DNA of 64,000 nt from the human T2T-CHM13v2.0 reference genome, Homo sapiens. The number at the start of each line of letters is the position of its first letter. The first letter of the stretch is position 1. Under the pieces are notes generated by a model. The model was not told the origin of the DNA, ran no database searches, and saw only the letters and a program-made list of their open reading frames with translations. This document shows positions 21,560 through 40,669 of this stretch, in pieces. The position numbers and the translations under genes were made by a program. The DNA lies in NCBI RefSeq assembly GCF_009914755.1, contig NC_060946.1, one strand, 5' to 3'.

Positions 21560-22031
21560 AATAAAGCATGCAAAACATTTTGTGCCCCCAATGATCCCTT
21601 CCTCATGGTGTCCCCACACTTTTATTTTGTGCTGTCACAATGAGCAGGGCACCACCAGGATACTGGGAAATAATGACGTGTGATTTCCAAGACCAGGTCA
21701 CAAAAAACATTTTGCCTTGCCCTCTTGAATCACCTGCTCTGGTGGAAACCAGACAACTGTTATTTATGTCATAGCATTCAAGCGGCCCTATGGAGAGGTC
21801 CATGTGGTAAGGAACTGAGGCTTCCTGCCAACAGCCAAGTGAAAGAGCCATCTTGGAAGAGGATCCGCCTCCCAAGTTGGCCAAGCCAACATTTTGAGTA
21901 TAACCTCATAAGAGTCTCTGAGCCAGAACCACACAGCTAAGCTGCAGTAACTTTGAAGTAATAATGATTTATTGTTGTTAAGCCACTAAGTTTTGGGATA
22001 ATTTGTTATGTAGTAATAGATAGCTAATACA
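21560..22031 (-). mobile_element. MLT1-family LTR
   Basis: ggagaggtccatgtggtaaggaactgagg...ttaagccactaagttttgggataatttgttatg...agctaataca. Confidence 0.7.
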
Positions 22032-22189
22032 GTTGTGCTTATTACGTTTGGTACTCGTTACTATCACCACCACATCAGTGCATTGTAGAAAACAAATTCT
22101 ATGTATTAAACTGTTTTGTTTCCCCTCTGGATTAAGCTGGGCTCACAAGGGGAAAGGTGCCCACCAGAGTTTTTTTCTTTTTTATGTAA

Positions 22190-22970
<781 letters not shown>

Positions 22971-23002
22971 CAAAATTATCTGAATGATTGCAGTAAACAT
23001 CA

Positions 23003-23387
23003 TATATTTGTTTGCCAGCTACCATAATAAAATACCATAGATTGGGTGGCTTAACCAACAGAAATTTATTTTCCCACAATTCTGGAGGCTGGAAGTCCAA
23101 GATCAAGGTGTTGGCAGGGTTGGTTTCTTCTGAGGCCTTGGCTTGCAAGATGGCCACCTTCTTGCTATATCTTTACATGATCATTCCTCTGTGCGTGTTC
23201 GTGTCCTAATTTTTTCTTCTTATAAGGACACCAGTCATTTTGGATTAGGGCTCTTTCATATGACTTCATTTTAATCTTAACTGCTTCTTTAAAAGCCCTA
23301 TCTGGAAATAAAGTCACATTCTGAGGTTACTGGGGGATAGAATTACAACAAATGAATTTTGGGAGGACACAAATCAGCCCATAACAC
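23003..23387 (+). mobile_element. MLT1A0-like LTR
   Basis: ataataaaataccatagattgggtggctta...ggaggctggaagtccaagatcaaggtg...cagcccataaca. Confidence 0.75.
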
Positions 23388-23806
23388 ATCATTGCCAGCA
23401 TCACATGTGGAGCATTCAACTGGAGAAACTGCCCTAATTTCTCATTTGAAGGTCTAAACATCTCTTTTATCAAAATAAGCCAGGTTCTATTAAGAAGGCT
23501 GAATGTGCATCTGGCTCGATCAACAGGCGTCTGGCTGCTTCAAATGCTTGATTTTTTTCATTCTCAGAGAATGAAATCAATGTTGAAATATTGAGTATAT
23601 TCTATACAAAATCTTCATGTCACAATGAATAAGAAAAGTAGTTTTTTTTGAGACAGGATCTTGCTCTGTAGCTCAGGCTGCAGTTTTTGGAGTGCACTGG
23701 TATGACATAACTCGCTGTAGCTTCCATTTCTTGGGTTCAAGTAATCCTCCCACCTCAGCCTCCTGAGTAGCTGGGACTATAGGCATGTGCTACCACTCCA
23801 GGTTAA

Positions 23807-24067
<261 letters not shown>

Positions 24068-24463
24068 TGATCCACCCGCCTCAGCCTCCCAAAGTGCTGG
24101 GATTACAGGCGTGAGCCACCGAATCCAGCCACTCCAGGCTAATTATTTTATTGTATTTTTAGTAGAGATGGGGTCTTGCTATGTTGCCCAGGCTGGAATC
24201 AAACTCCTGGGCTTAAGCAATCCTCCTGCCCCAGCCTCCCAAAGTGTTGGGATTATAGGCACCAGCCACTGCACCCAGTCAAGAAAATATTTTCTAATAC
24301 TGAATACAGCTAAAGAATGGATGGTAAACCATTATTGTCCAGTCAGGATCACTGTCATCCAAGTGGGACACTCAGTATTTGAGATTCTGGGTGGTGCTAT
24401 AATACTTGTTGCCTTGGTATCTGAGTGAGCACTTAGTCTAAGTATAATAATTTTCTGGAGGAG

Positions 24464-25378
<915 letters not shown>

Positions 25379-25711
25379 AGGGTATATTCAATCTGAATGG
25401 CCAAAATTATCTGATAGAGCCTTCAGATACTTGTACTTAACAGATGTACTCTTGGGATTAAATGAGTTTATGCTCAAGAAATGATATTAGCCAGGCATAG
25501 GGGTGCATGCCGTTGTCCTAGCTACCGTGGAGGCTAGGACAGGAGGAGCATTGCTTGAGACTGGGAGCTTGAGGCTGCAGTGAGCTGCGATGGTTCCACT
25601 GCACTCCAGCCTGGGTGACTGGGCAAGACCCCACTGCAAAGAGAGAGAGGCAGAGAGAGAGAGTAGAAATGGTATCTGTTATTTTACATTAAAAGTTCTG
25701 GAATAGGGGAG

Positions 25712-26450
<739 letters not shown>

Positions 26451-26632
26451 GAAGGTATAATATCAGGCTCTCTTCTGATTCCCTAGGCTCTGCTGCACGA
26501 ATTGTTATTTCCAGAAGTTCCCATAGGAAGTTCTCAGGAAATGAAATGGATATGAGGTAACCTCATGTCGGGGAGTCAGTCTATGGAGGATCATAATCAT
26601 ACAACAACATGGTCCACCCTTGCTATAATCTA

Positions 26633-29681
<3,049 letters not shown>

Positions 29682-30607
29682 TAGCATAGGAGCGGTGGCA
29701 GCTAAGTAGGCTGACTGCCCAGGGATTGCAGAGTTCACCTGCACAGTATGACATCTCTCATCCTTTTGGATAGATTGTTCTATAAGGTGGCCTCCACCTA
29801 CCCCCAACTCCCAAATCTGACATTCATTCATCTACTTCCCCTGAAGTGCTCCCTAGCACTTGCCATGAGTTTGTTCACTCTTGGGACCCCAAATCCAAGG
29901 CATCTCACTGGCTGAGATTCAGTTTACCACCTCATTGATGGGGGGACTCTTATGTCACAGAAGTAATTTTCTCACTGATAGGACCCAAGATGTCGTCCTA
30001 TTTTTAATGTGGGTACAAATACTAAGTAAATATGATCTTAGTGTTTTGCCAAAAGGAATTAAGATGTTTTTAATGGGTCACAAATTCAGAAAGGGGTTGG
30101 ACCTGGTGGGACAGGTTGGTGAGGCCCAGACGCTCCACTTCAAGTGCAGTACTGGACATCCCCTTCCAGTACGGGAGGTCTGACTTGTGCAGTCAAGCCC
30201 AATACTGGCACAGCCACAGGCCAGGGATGGAGGCTTATGAGTCCACTGGAAAACAGGGAGGACTGAGTCCAGGGTCTCAAGGGTTTAGTAGTGAGGGCTC
30301 CTGTGAAGAACCCTTCACTCAGTGGTGTTCATTACCGGCCCCTTCCTTAGTATGTTCCAGGCCCTGAGGATGTACCTTGCATGCTCTGACCCTTTGAACA
30401 CCAAAGAAATAAGCAAGGAGATAACAGATGCCCCAAAGAGATGAATGGTGTCATGAGATCTGGGGGCTGGGACCTTGTCCAGCCTAAAGGTGTAAGTACC
30501 ATGGATGAGCAGTGTCTTATTTAATCAGCAACTAGAGATTTCCTGAGGTTTAACTGGGAAAGCAGGTTCATATACTACAAGACACCAGGTGCTTCACATT
30601 GCTTCTC

Positions 30608-30613
30608 TTTATT
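30608..30613 (-). terminator. PRAME: PRAME polyadenylation signal AATAAA; 3' end near 30590
   Basis: tttatt on the plus strand, about 345 nt past the stop codon. Confidence 0.85.
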
Positions 30614-30955
30614 TTCAACAGTTTCTTTACAACAGTCTACACAGGGATTAACTCCTACATGTACTTCCCAAGCCAGAATCTCCCTTTAGAAATTCAGATT
30701 CTATTTCTAACTCTATAAGATGTATCTCCCCAAAGATCACATTAACTCCTCAAGTCAACATCTGCCTATCCCCAACTTCCCCTTTTTTTCCTCACTGAAC
30801 ATTTGTCTGAATGTTTTTTCCTCACTGAACATGTTTTCCTCACTCACACTGAACATTTGTCTGAAACTGTGGCTGCTTTGTTGCTTCAAGATGCATGCAC
30901 ATCCTGGCTTTAGTGTCCAAGTATGCAGAATGAAGCATTTGATATGTGCACCCAG

Positions 30956-31532
30956 CTAGTTAGGCATGAAACAGGGGCACAGGATGGGCTCCGGGTCATA
31001 GAAGGTTCTGTCCCCACAGTGAGGACAGGGGTTGGCACTAAGCCAGACCATGCTGGGCCGCCCCAACTCACACAGCAACTCCCTGAGCCTGGCATGCAGA
31101 TAGGCAAGCCTCTCCAGGTGGAGGGTACCATGGATGTCCTCATAACTCTCCAGGGGGACAGGATACAGCACGTGGGTCAGATTGCTCAGCCCGATGAGGT
31201 GCTGCAGGAGACTCTGCAAGGCAGATATGGAGATGGAATTCCCGTAGAAGCTTAAGGTTGTAAGCTGGGAGCAGTGGCTCAGGGAAGGCAGGAGGGCAAG
31301 GAGCTGATCATCCGTGATCCCACACTCATCAAAGACCAGGTCCTGGAGGGTGGCAGAGGCTCTCTCCAGCAGAGCTTGGAGGGGCTCGGGACTTACATCG
31401 GTCAGCATGACCCCACTTAGACTCAGGACACTTAGCTGACTGACGCTGGGACTCTGGGACAGATGCATCACATCCCCTTCCGAAAGCCGGCAGTTAGTTA
31501 TTGAGAGGGTTTCCAAGGGGTTCATCACGTGC
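30956..31532 (-). CDS. PRAME: PRAME last coding exon (577 nt): HVMNPLETL...SLLQHLIGL...CPCFMPN*
   Basis: Acceptor atttgcAG at 31533-31534 and TAG at 30956-30958. Leucine-rich repeats and the SLLQHLIGL epitope are present. Confidence 0.98.
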
Positions 31533-32614
31533 CTGCAAATAGACAAATCAGTTAGTGCTGGGGAATGGTGGTAGTGGGGTGGGGAGACTGGAGAGAGGCC
31601 CATTTCACCAAAACCCAAAGTCTTCCTGATGATGGTTAACCGCCAGGATGCCATGCTGTAAAGGAGCATTCAAGGAGTACAAGTTCAGGTTTAGTCCTTT
31701 CTCCATCATTTGCTGTGTAAGTGGGTCAAGTAAACAAAGATCTCAAACACTCCCTTGGCTGATCTGTGAGGCAGGGTCCAACACAGACCTCTTAGGTGGT
31801 GTGAGCATGAATTGAATTGAGAGCCTGATTTGATGTCTCAAGCAAGGAAAGGCATCAGTGAATTTTAGTATTTGAAGATACAACTGAAAATACTTTCTTT
31901 CAACTCGGGCTTCCTTCTGCCACTGCCTGGGCCCCAGTCACCTCTATCTCTGTGCCTGATGAAGCTACTAGGGAGTATTCACAGTGGACAAACTGGGGCA
32001 AGGTCAGCAACATCCAAAGGGGGTTCCCAGGCTGCAGGGCTACCTTAGGTCACTGTATCATCAGCAAACCACCTATCAATTTTTGCAATTTCTCTGTTGT
32101 TCCTTCTCCCACATCTCCAGAATCCTGCATTTCCCACCTATTACCCTAACTGGAATTCTAAATCACCCTTTACAGACAGGAAATTTGAGGCAGGTTTAGA
32201 GGGAGCAGCTCATGTTGAGAAGCTGGTGAGCGCACAGCTTACAATTTCAAATCTCACCTTTGATGGGCTTTCCCTTCTTCAATGCCCTCCTTGCTTACTT
32301 TTGATCATCTTAGGCATCACTTCCTAAGGAAGAATGCCTAAAGCCACCCTTGCCAGGCCCCAACCTCCCATTACAGAGTTTTCTAACAAGGAGTCACTGT
32401 TAATAGCATCTATCCTAATGTATACCTCTAACCCTTATGAGTAGTAGTTATGTGATACCATGCTTGGGGACAGTGGTGAACAAGACGTGTTAACTGGTAG
32501 TGACTTGCTCACTCTTGCATTATTGGTGGCTGGCACATACAAGATATCCTTTATTGTTTACTGCAATAAGGAAGGGCTTGCTCTGGTCTGCAGAGAAATC
32601 TCACCATCCCTCAC

Positions 32615-33223
32615 CTGAGCAACTGATCCAGGCGGCCTCTAAGGAAAAATAAAGAGTCCACATAGAGAGCCTGCAGGCACTGCAGACTGAGGAACTGAGA
32701 GGTGAACTGGGCGATATACTGCTCTTCCTTCTCCGGGGAAATGTAGGAAGATGCATGGATGTGGGAGAGGAGGAGTCTACGCAGATTAATCATCTGGCCC
32801 AGGTAAGGAGAAAATTTCGCCAAGGTGGGTAGCTTCCAGGTACAAGTCACTTCCAAATCTTCAATAGAGTCCAGCTGCACCATTTTCAGGATCATCTTGA
32901 TATCCTGCATGGGCATTGCAAAAATCTTCAGCTTCTTACAGCACAGGCGTAGTACATTTTTCTTTCGCTTCACTTTCTCAATGAGGTAGGAGAACAATTC
33001 ATCACAGGCACCTTCCTTGAGGAACAGGTCTACGAGCACCTCTACTGGAATGAAGGGCTGCTCTGCCTCTGTGCTCAAACCATCTACTTTTCGCTTCTTT
33101 GTCATGGGCTGAGCTGCTTCTGGCTCTGGAAATGAGTACAGACTGGCCCTGTTTCCAGACCATACAGTCCAGAAGTCCTGATGAGAGTTCTTCCGTAAAT
33201 CCAGCACTTGAAGTTTCCACCTC
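32615..33223 (-). CDS. PRAME: PRAME coding exon (609 nt): RWKLQVLDL...[10 protein letters not shown]...KKRKV...[10 protein letters not shown]...LDQLL
   Basis: Acceptor cccacAG at 33224-33225 and donor GTGAG at 32613-32614, phase 2-2. Contains the NLS-like KKRKV and known T-cell epitopes. Confidence 0.98.
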
Positions 33224-33655
33224 CTGTGGGGAAAAACAGGTAATTAGCTGAGATGATGCTTTAAGATCAACTCAAAATAAGACCATGAGTCTCATAATGT
33301 AGGTAAGAACCAAACAGACATCCACCTTAGATCTGCACTTTTACTTCGTACTTCAGGCATCAGCTGCTCCCTTTCCCACTAGGATCCTGGGATCCTTCCT
33401 GGTCCCCAATTCCCACCCCACCAGGAGGAAGCAGGTGCATGTTCCTTCAGACACCTCTGCATTTTAATCAGTGCCCCATGTCCAGAAGCCCATTCCAAGA
33501 GTGACCCCTGCAGTAGCCCCAAGGCCTCCCTGAACTTCCTTGCTGGCAACCATCAGAGCCTCTGGCCCAGCCTTAGGCGCTCCATGCTCCCTGACCCCAG
33601 CTGCATCCTGCTCAGGTTCCCAGGGCCCCACACCAAGCTGCTAGGTCACCCTTAC

Positions 33656-33978
33656 CTGGGGCGAACCTCCTGGGCAAGGAGCACATCAAGTCCATCAAGC
33701 ACAGCTTTGAAGGTCTCCAGGTGAAGATGTTGTCCCTTCATCAGCACTCCCAGAGGGAGGCAGGTGAAGGGCCAGGCCTGCACCATTGCCTTCAGGGTCT
33801 GGCTGTGTCTCCCGTCAAAGGCTGCCATGAAGAGTGGCGGGAAGAGCTCCCTGGGCAGCAACTCCAGGGCGGCAATGGCCAGGGCCTCATCCTTCAGCAG
33901 GCTCTGCCCTGCCAGCTCCACAAGTCTCCGTGGGCTTGTCCACACACTCATGCTGATGTATCGGCTCTGAATGGAACC
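33656..33978 (-). CDS. PRAME: PRAME coding exon (323 nt): GSIQSRY...[11 protein letters not shown] (BC box)...[10 protein letters not shown]...VLDGLDVLL
   Basis: Acceptor ttcctcAG at 33979-33980 and donor GTAAG at 33654-33655. Confidence 0.98.
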
Positions 33979-35090
33979 CTGAGGAAACATACAGGGAACA
34001 AGGCATCCCTTTCAGCCCAAGCATAAGCAACTCTATCTTTTCCTCACCCTTCTGAGGGACCAACTTAGGGCCAAAGTCACTGTGCTAGCAACAGCAGGGG
34101 AGTTCTCAGTTTACCCCGATTCCACTCTGCACTCGGTGGCCACAAAGCCACAGCTCTGCTGGCACCAGGATGAACATCTCATCAAGTGTAGAGGAGGGGA
34201 CAGGACGGCCACTGGCACCATCCTGTATCTACCCACTACTCTATTTAATTCTAGTCCCCCTGGGAAGTGAGAACTAAGGAGCCTGAGGGCTGACCCTGCT
34301 CATTTTGGGAAAAAGTTTCTGATGATCACTCAAAGGCAATTCAAATGGGAGTGTCACATAGCCCAGGACAGCATCCTTCTCTGCTCCAACAAATAAGCCA
34401 GATGGGAAAGATGAGGAACACACACACAATGCACAATGGATGCCATTATGTTTCACTAAAAAATTTTAAATGAGAAACTACAGAAGCAGCACAACAGTAT
34501 TACATAGCAATTGGAAGTAAAATAAAAAAAAAAACAACATTCTGAGACATGTATTTTAAGTGCGTCTCTTTTACGTATATTAAGAGTTACTACTTTGACA
34601 TGGAAATCAGCGGAGCAAACACTTCACAGTAAAACAAAGCCTGGTTCTTTTCTCCCAAAACATTAGTTTTAAAATGGAGAAATAAAAATTGTGTATATTT
34701 ATGGTGTACAATATGATGCTCTGAAATATGTATACATTGTAGAATAGGTACCTTAAGCTAATTAACATACATATGATCTCACATATGTGTGGTGAGAACA
34801 CTTGAAATATACTCTTAGCAATTTTCATGTATACAATACATTATTAACTACAGTTACCATCTTGTATACTAGATATCTTGAAAAAGCCTCCACCCTCCAG
34901 CACAGTGGCTCATGTCTGTAATCCCAGCATTTTGGGAGGCCAGGGTGGGAGAATGGTTTGAGCCCAGGAGTTCAAGACCAGCCTGGGCAACACAAGGAGA
35001 CCTCATCTCTATTAAAAAAAAAAAAAAGAAAAAAAAGAAAGAAAATGTCTTTAATTCCAAAGCATCTGAAAAGAAAAAGAAAAAAATCTA

Positions 35091-35177
35091 TGGAATATTT
35101 TTTAACCTTTTAGTTAAAATGGAATATTTTTTAACCTTGTAGTTAAAATGGAATATTTTTTAACCTTGTAGTTAAAA
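35091..35177. repeat. 29-bp tandem repeat x3 in a PRAME intron
   Basis: tggaatattttttaacctt(t/g)tagttaaaa starting at 35091, 35120 and 35149. Confidence 0.95.
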
Positions 35178-37999
35178 AAAAGCCTAACTAGTAAATCACT
35201 GATTTAAAAAATCATAAATGATGCAAATTATAATTGCTTGCCACATACTATTTAAATTGTAATAAAGTAAAATTCAAAGTAGATGTCTTTTATTTTCCAA
35301 AAAAAAAAAAAAAGCCGTTTAAGAAATTATTTTTAACATATACAAAATGGCAGAAATCAAAATGTTTGGGATTCAATATAAATAATAAATGTTCCAGGTA
35401 ATGGTTATACTAATTACCATAATTTGATCATTACACACTATATATGCATAAACTGAAATTTCACATGTACCCTATAAATATGTACAATTATTGTGTATCA
35501 ATTAAGAAATCAATCCAATAACCAAATAAAAATGTTTGGGATTAAGGCAAAACTACATTTAGAGACAAGAACAAAGCCTGTTCCTTTGTAAGGAAAGAAA
35601 AAGGAAAACCATCTAAGCAGCATTGGCCCTCATGGCCCGTGGAGACCCTGAGGTGACAGTAGAAGGAGGCAGTGGCCATAGCCTGAGGCTCCCGACTCAC
35701 CAGACCCAGCTGTGGTGCAGAAGCCATCTGCCCAGACCTCTGGGAAGACCACAACATTGACTCCATGGCCTCTGGGTCCCTCCTCTGGCCCCTCTGAAGC
35801 TATTACAGGCCTTTCTGGGCATACCTCCCCTTTCAACTCCACGCTGCCAACGGAAGAGCCAAATCTAATTACATTCCTGGATCTCCAGCCAGTGAATCCT
35901 GATGGGGTTTTTTACTTACTTCAGGTTCAACTGATTGAATGGGATGTCTATTTACAAAAAGGAAAGAAAAAGTGAACAAAACCACCCAGAGAGTATAACT
36001 GTTAGGGGAATTTTTGGCCACATCAAAATTACCCAAATATTCCAGTTAAGATAGCTTTATGAAGAGCATCATGACATCACCCCTTCCCACTCCCAAACAA
36101 TCCCCAAGTATCAAATTGTCACTTATACCCCATGTTCCCTAACACAGCAAATCACATGCCTATCCAAGGAAAAAGGGAGGAACAACAGAGGGGTGGCTGG
36201 TCTTCCAGACTTTGAAAGTCAAGGCTGTCCTGAAGGAAGGTGGGTCAAAATTACACTACAATTAGGAGTTAGTCAGAAGTAAGGCTGGGCATTTGTAATG
36301 GGACTGAGTGGATTACCACAAAGACAGATAGGTTTTTTTGGGGGCGGAATTGAAAGACTTTGGCCTGGATGGAGTAGAGAAATTAAAAAGGGGAATGGCT
36401 AAGGAAGATGAAAGATAGTTCCAGTAAAGCCAAGGTAATCACTGAGGCAGGGAGGGAGTTCAATCTTCCTCCCTCCCTAGAGGGAAAGGGTGTTTTCTCC
36501 CAGAAAGTCAGGATCCTCTTGGCAAACAGCCTTGACAAGATTAAATCTAGGAATGTGGGCTGGAGAGGTGGGATAGAGAGTAATATTGGTGACCAAACCT
36601 AGGACAGCAACATTTTCAAGTCTGAAAGACCTTGTGGTTTCTTAGGAATCTTGGAGCCAGGAAAGAAATAAACAAGGGCTGAAAGCACACATCCCTGCAA
36701 TTAAAGAAGTTGTCAGAAGACCTTCTCTTTATGGTTAGGTGTCCTCTTCCACACTGGGGCTGTTCACAAGCAGCAGGTCAGGCCTTTACCACAAACATAA
36801 TCTCCAATGGCCAGCCCCTTCCTAAGTATTACTAATGTTTCCACACTTCAAGAAAACAGCTGTTCTTTCTTGCCCCTAAGCTGCTCAGGTACAGAGATTC
36901 TGGTCAGCGAGATGCAATCAGGCCTATCAATTAGACTCAGTTTTTCTCTATTTCCATGCTAGGCACAGTGCACAAATACATTTTCCGTCACAAAAATTGA
37001 AGTTATATTTGGCATTTAAGGATCTGCTTAGGGATGATTCCTATCCTGGGCCTGATCACCCACTGGTGCTTTTGAAGTTTTGGAACCTCTCCACCCAAAG
37101 AATTCTCCAGGCCATTCTCTGCCTCATGCACTGTGAAGTCCCTACAATTCTTATATTCTACTGGCAAGTGTCCAGCTGGAATGTCTTGGGGCCTGACTTT
37201 GTTTACTGTGGCCTGCGTAAGGAGGCTGTAATTCGTTGAAGGATGTTTTCCATTTTGGTTCTCTCTCTGGAGACTTTCTCCTACTTTTCACCCTCAACAC
37301 CTAATGGCCTTTGTGAAAACTGGGTTAAACTACAATTTGTTCTACATTTCCTTTAATTCCCAGGCAATCATCTTCACTCATTAGCTGCGGGAGACTGAGA
37401 TTAGTAATAAAGGTCATTGTCAATGTCCCTAATTATCAAGCAGCTACTGGGCACAGCAAAGGCCGCAGCAGCTCTCATTCATTACCTCAAATAGCCTTCA
37501 CAGAGAATCTAAAGTTCACTGTCATTTTCATTTTTAGTCTTGTAAGTCCCTGACTCTGTCTGGGGAAGAACCTGCTCAGCTCCAGGCAAGCAGGAATTGG
37601 TAGCCCTTATGTGAGGAGTTTAGAAAGAGTTTCATTTCCCTCCCTATCAAACAATCTAAGTGTTAGAAAGGGCTGATAAGCTTCACATAAACCATGGAAA
37701 AACAGGAAAACTGAGTAAGTCCAACAGTTAGGGAAGCTTCCATGGGATCCCCGCTTCCAGGAGATCCAAGGGAGGAGGAGGAATCGCGATCGAGTGTGAG
37801 TTGTGTAATCTCTGAGCTGTGCAATCTCCCTGTGAGGCAGTGACACTCCTCTGTCCAGCTTCACACTGCCAGTTTGTCCAGTGGCACTGGAGGAAGCAGC
37901 ACCAGGGGCACATTTGCACAAAGGTGCTGTCCTTCCTCCCAGTATAAGGGAGAAGTGAAAAGACTGGGGCCCAGCATGACTCCTAGGGTCCAGACATGA

Positions 38000-38365
<366 letters not shown>

Positions 38366-38788
38366 TGATCTGCCTGTCTAGGCCTCCCAAAGTGTTGAGA
38401 TTACAAGAGTGAGCCACCATGCCCAGCCTCTTTTTCTTTTTTAGAGACAGGGTCTTACTATGTTTCCCAGACTGGTCTTGAACTCCTGGGCTCAAGTGAT
38501 CCACCCATTTCAGCCTCCCAAAGTGCTGGGATTACAGGCTTGTGGATACCAACAGCACCCGAGCACGGTCCCACAGTCCAACGCACTGTGCCGTCCTTGA
38601 GCCTTTAGTTCCAGCACAAGTCTCCCGGCTTCAACCCAGGTTGCATGTTCTCCCTGATCTCCCCAGGTGGCACCCAAGGATGAGGCAGTGCAATCTTGTT
38701 GCTCACTTCCCAGGACCGACACTTACCCCTAATGGCCCAAGCCCATGGGGCAGTGAGATCAAAGCCTCCTGGAGCTCATACTCTCTGA

Positions 38789-39324
<536 letters not shown>

Positions 39325-39701
39325 TGAGTAGCTGGGACTACAGGTGCATGCCACCACGCCCGGCTAACTTTCTGTATTTTTAGTAGACGCGGGGTTTCAC
39401 AGTGTTAGCCAGGAATGGTCTCAATCTCCTGACCTGGTGATCCGCCCGCCTCAGCCTCCCAAAGTGCTGGGATTACAGGCATGAGCCACCGTGCCCGACC
39501 CTAGGGTTGACTCTCATACAAAGACAGCACGGGAAGTGAAATGCTCTTTTGTGGAAATGACCAGAAACAATAAAAGCGGCTCCTGCCTCTTCGTCTACTG
39601 TGAGGGACCTCAGGATGCAGCTCCCATCTGGCTCGAGTGACAAGGACAGAGGGGAACAGGGCTTCTCTGAGCACCTCAGACAGCTCAGGGGACCTTCTTA
39701 C

Positions 39702-39722
39702 CCGCAAACGCCTTCGTTCCAT
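39702..39722 (-). CDS. PRAME: PRAME first coding segment MERRRLR (exon extends 5' to 39799 or 39820)
   Basis: caaaATGG start at 39722 and donor GTAAG at 39700-39701. The four exons sum to 1530 nt, giving 509 aa, the known PRAME length. Confidence 0.97.
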
Positions 39723-40438
39723 TTTGAAGCGACTTAGGCTGGCCTCAGGACCTCCAACGCTTGGATTTCTAGGTCTCAGTCACTTGTTGCCACGCACGTC
39801 TGAGAGTAATAATCAAAATGCTCCAAAAAGAAAGATACATGTATAATATTTACGAAGCAACGGCCTCCTGTGAAAACCTCCGCGAATACTGCTGAGGAAA
39901 CTGACAACTGGCGACTCAATCCCGCCCTTTCAGTGCAAATCTCTGGCTCCAAACCTGAGCACCAGTGTTTCCTGGGCTGAACCAGGGGGCAGGAGGAACA
40001 ACAGACCATGTGGTTGGTCACAAGTGACCCCTGTGGTCAAGGACCCTGACTACGGTCTTGCAGCGACATTTCTGCCTCTGCTCCCGCCTTCCTAGGACGC
40101 CTACGCCACTGCTGCCTGGGCCGTCCCCAACCCCCAAGCACCTTCAGAGGGGCCGAGTCCCAGAGCATCCACCGCATTACAAATGCGCACCCACCCTGGA
40201 GAGCTCCAACCACGAGCACCGCCGCCTCGGTTCAAGGCATCCTTACAGCCACAACTCCTCAACTGGGGCCAATTTTCCGGGGCAGGCGGCCCGGGGTGAC
40301 CCAAGTGGCGCACATTATTTTCTTTGGTCTTCAACCCATTTCCAGAGAGAAAACAGGGACCCGGGACAGGGGTGGTGCCGGGGGCACAAGCCCAAGGTCA
40401 CCCTGCGGGGAAGCGGAGGAATCAGGGCTCGAACTTAC

Positions 40439-40474
40439 GTTTTTCCTCAGAGAGTTCACCACACCGCGAAGTTG
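40439..40474 (-). other. PRAME: PRAME 36-nt non-coding exon 2
   Basis: Acceptor tcccAG at 40475-40476 and donor GTAAGT at 40437-40438. caacttcgcggtgtggtgaactctctgaggaaaaac matches the PRAME 5' UTR as recalled. Confidence 0.85.
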
Positions 40475-40669
40475 CTGGGAGGAAAGAACGAGACAATGGC
40501 TCAGCTAAGCGCCCTAGCCGCTGCGTGGGGCGGGGGGGGCGGCGGTGGGGGCCGGGGGGCTGGGCAGCCTGGTCTGACCAATCCCCGTTTCTCAGTCCTT
40601 CCAGGGAAAAATCTCACGAGATCCAGTGAGGTCGCCCAGAGAGTCGAGAGGGGCTTGTTTTCAAAGACT

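Noticed and set aside
31533-31669. N-terminal extension MLLYSMASW... of the 237-aa PRAME ORF
   Set aside because: Intronic read-through upstream of the true acceptor at 31533-31534.
36100-37760. Possible ancient retroviral internal sequence in a PRAME intron
   Set aside because: General impression only; I could not match it to a specific family or peptide.
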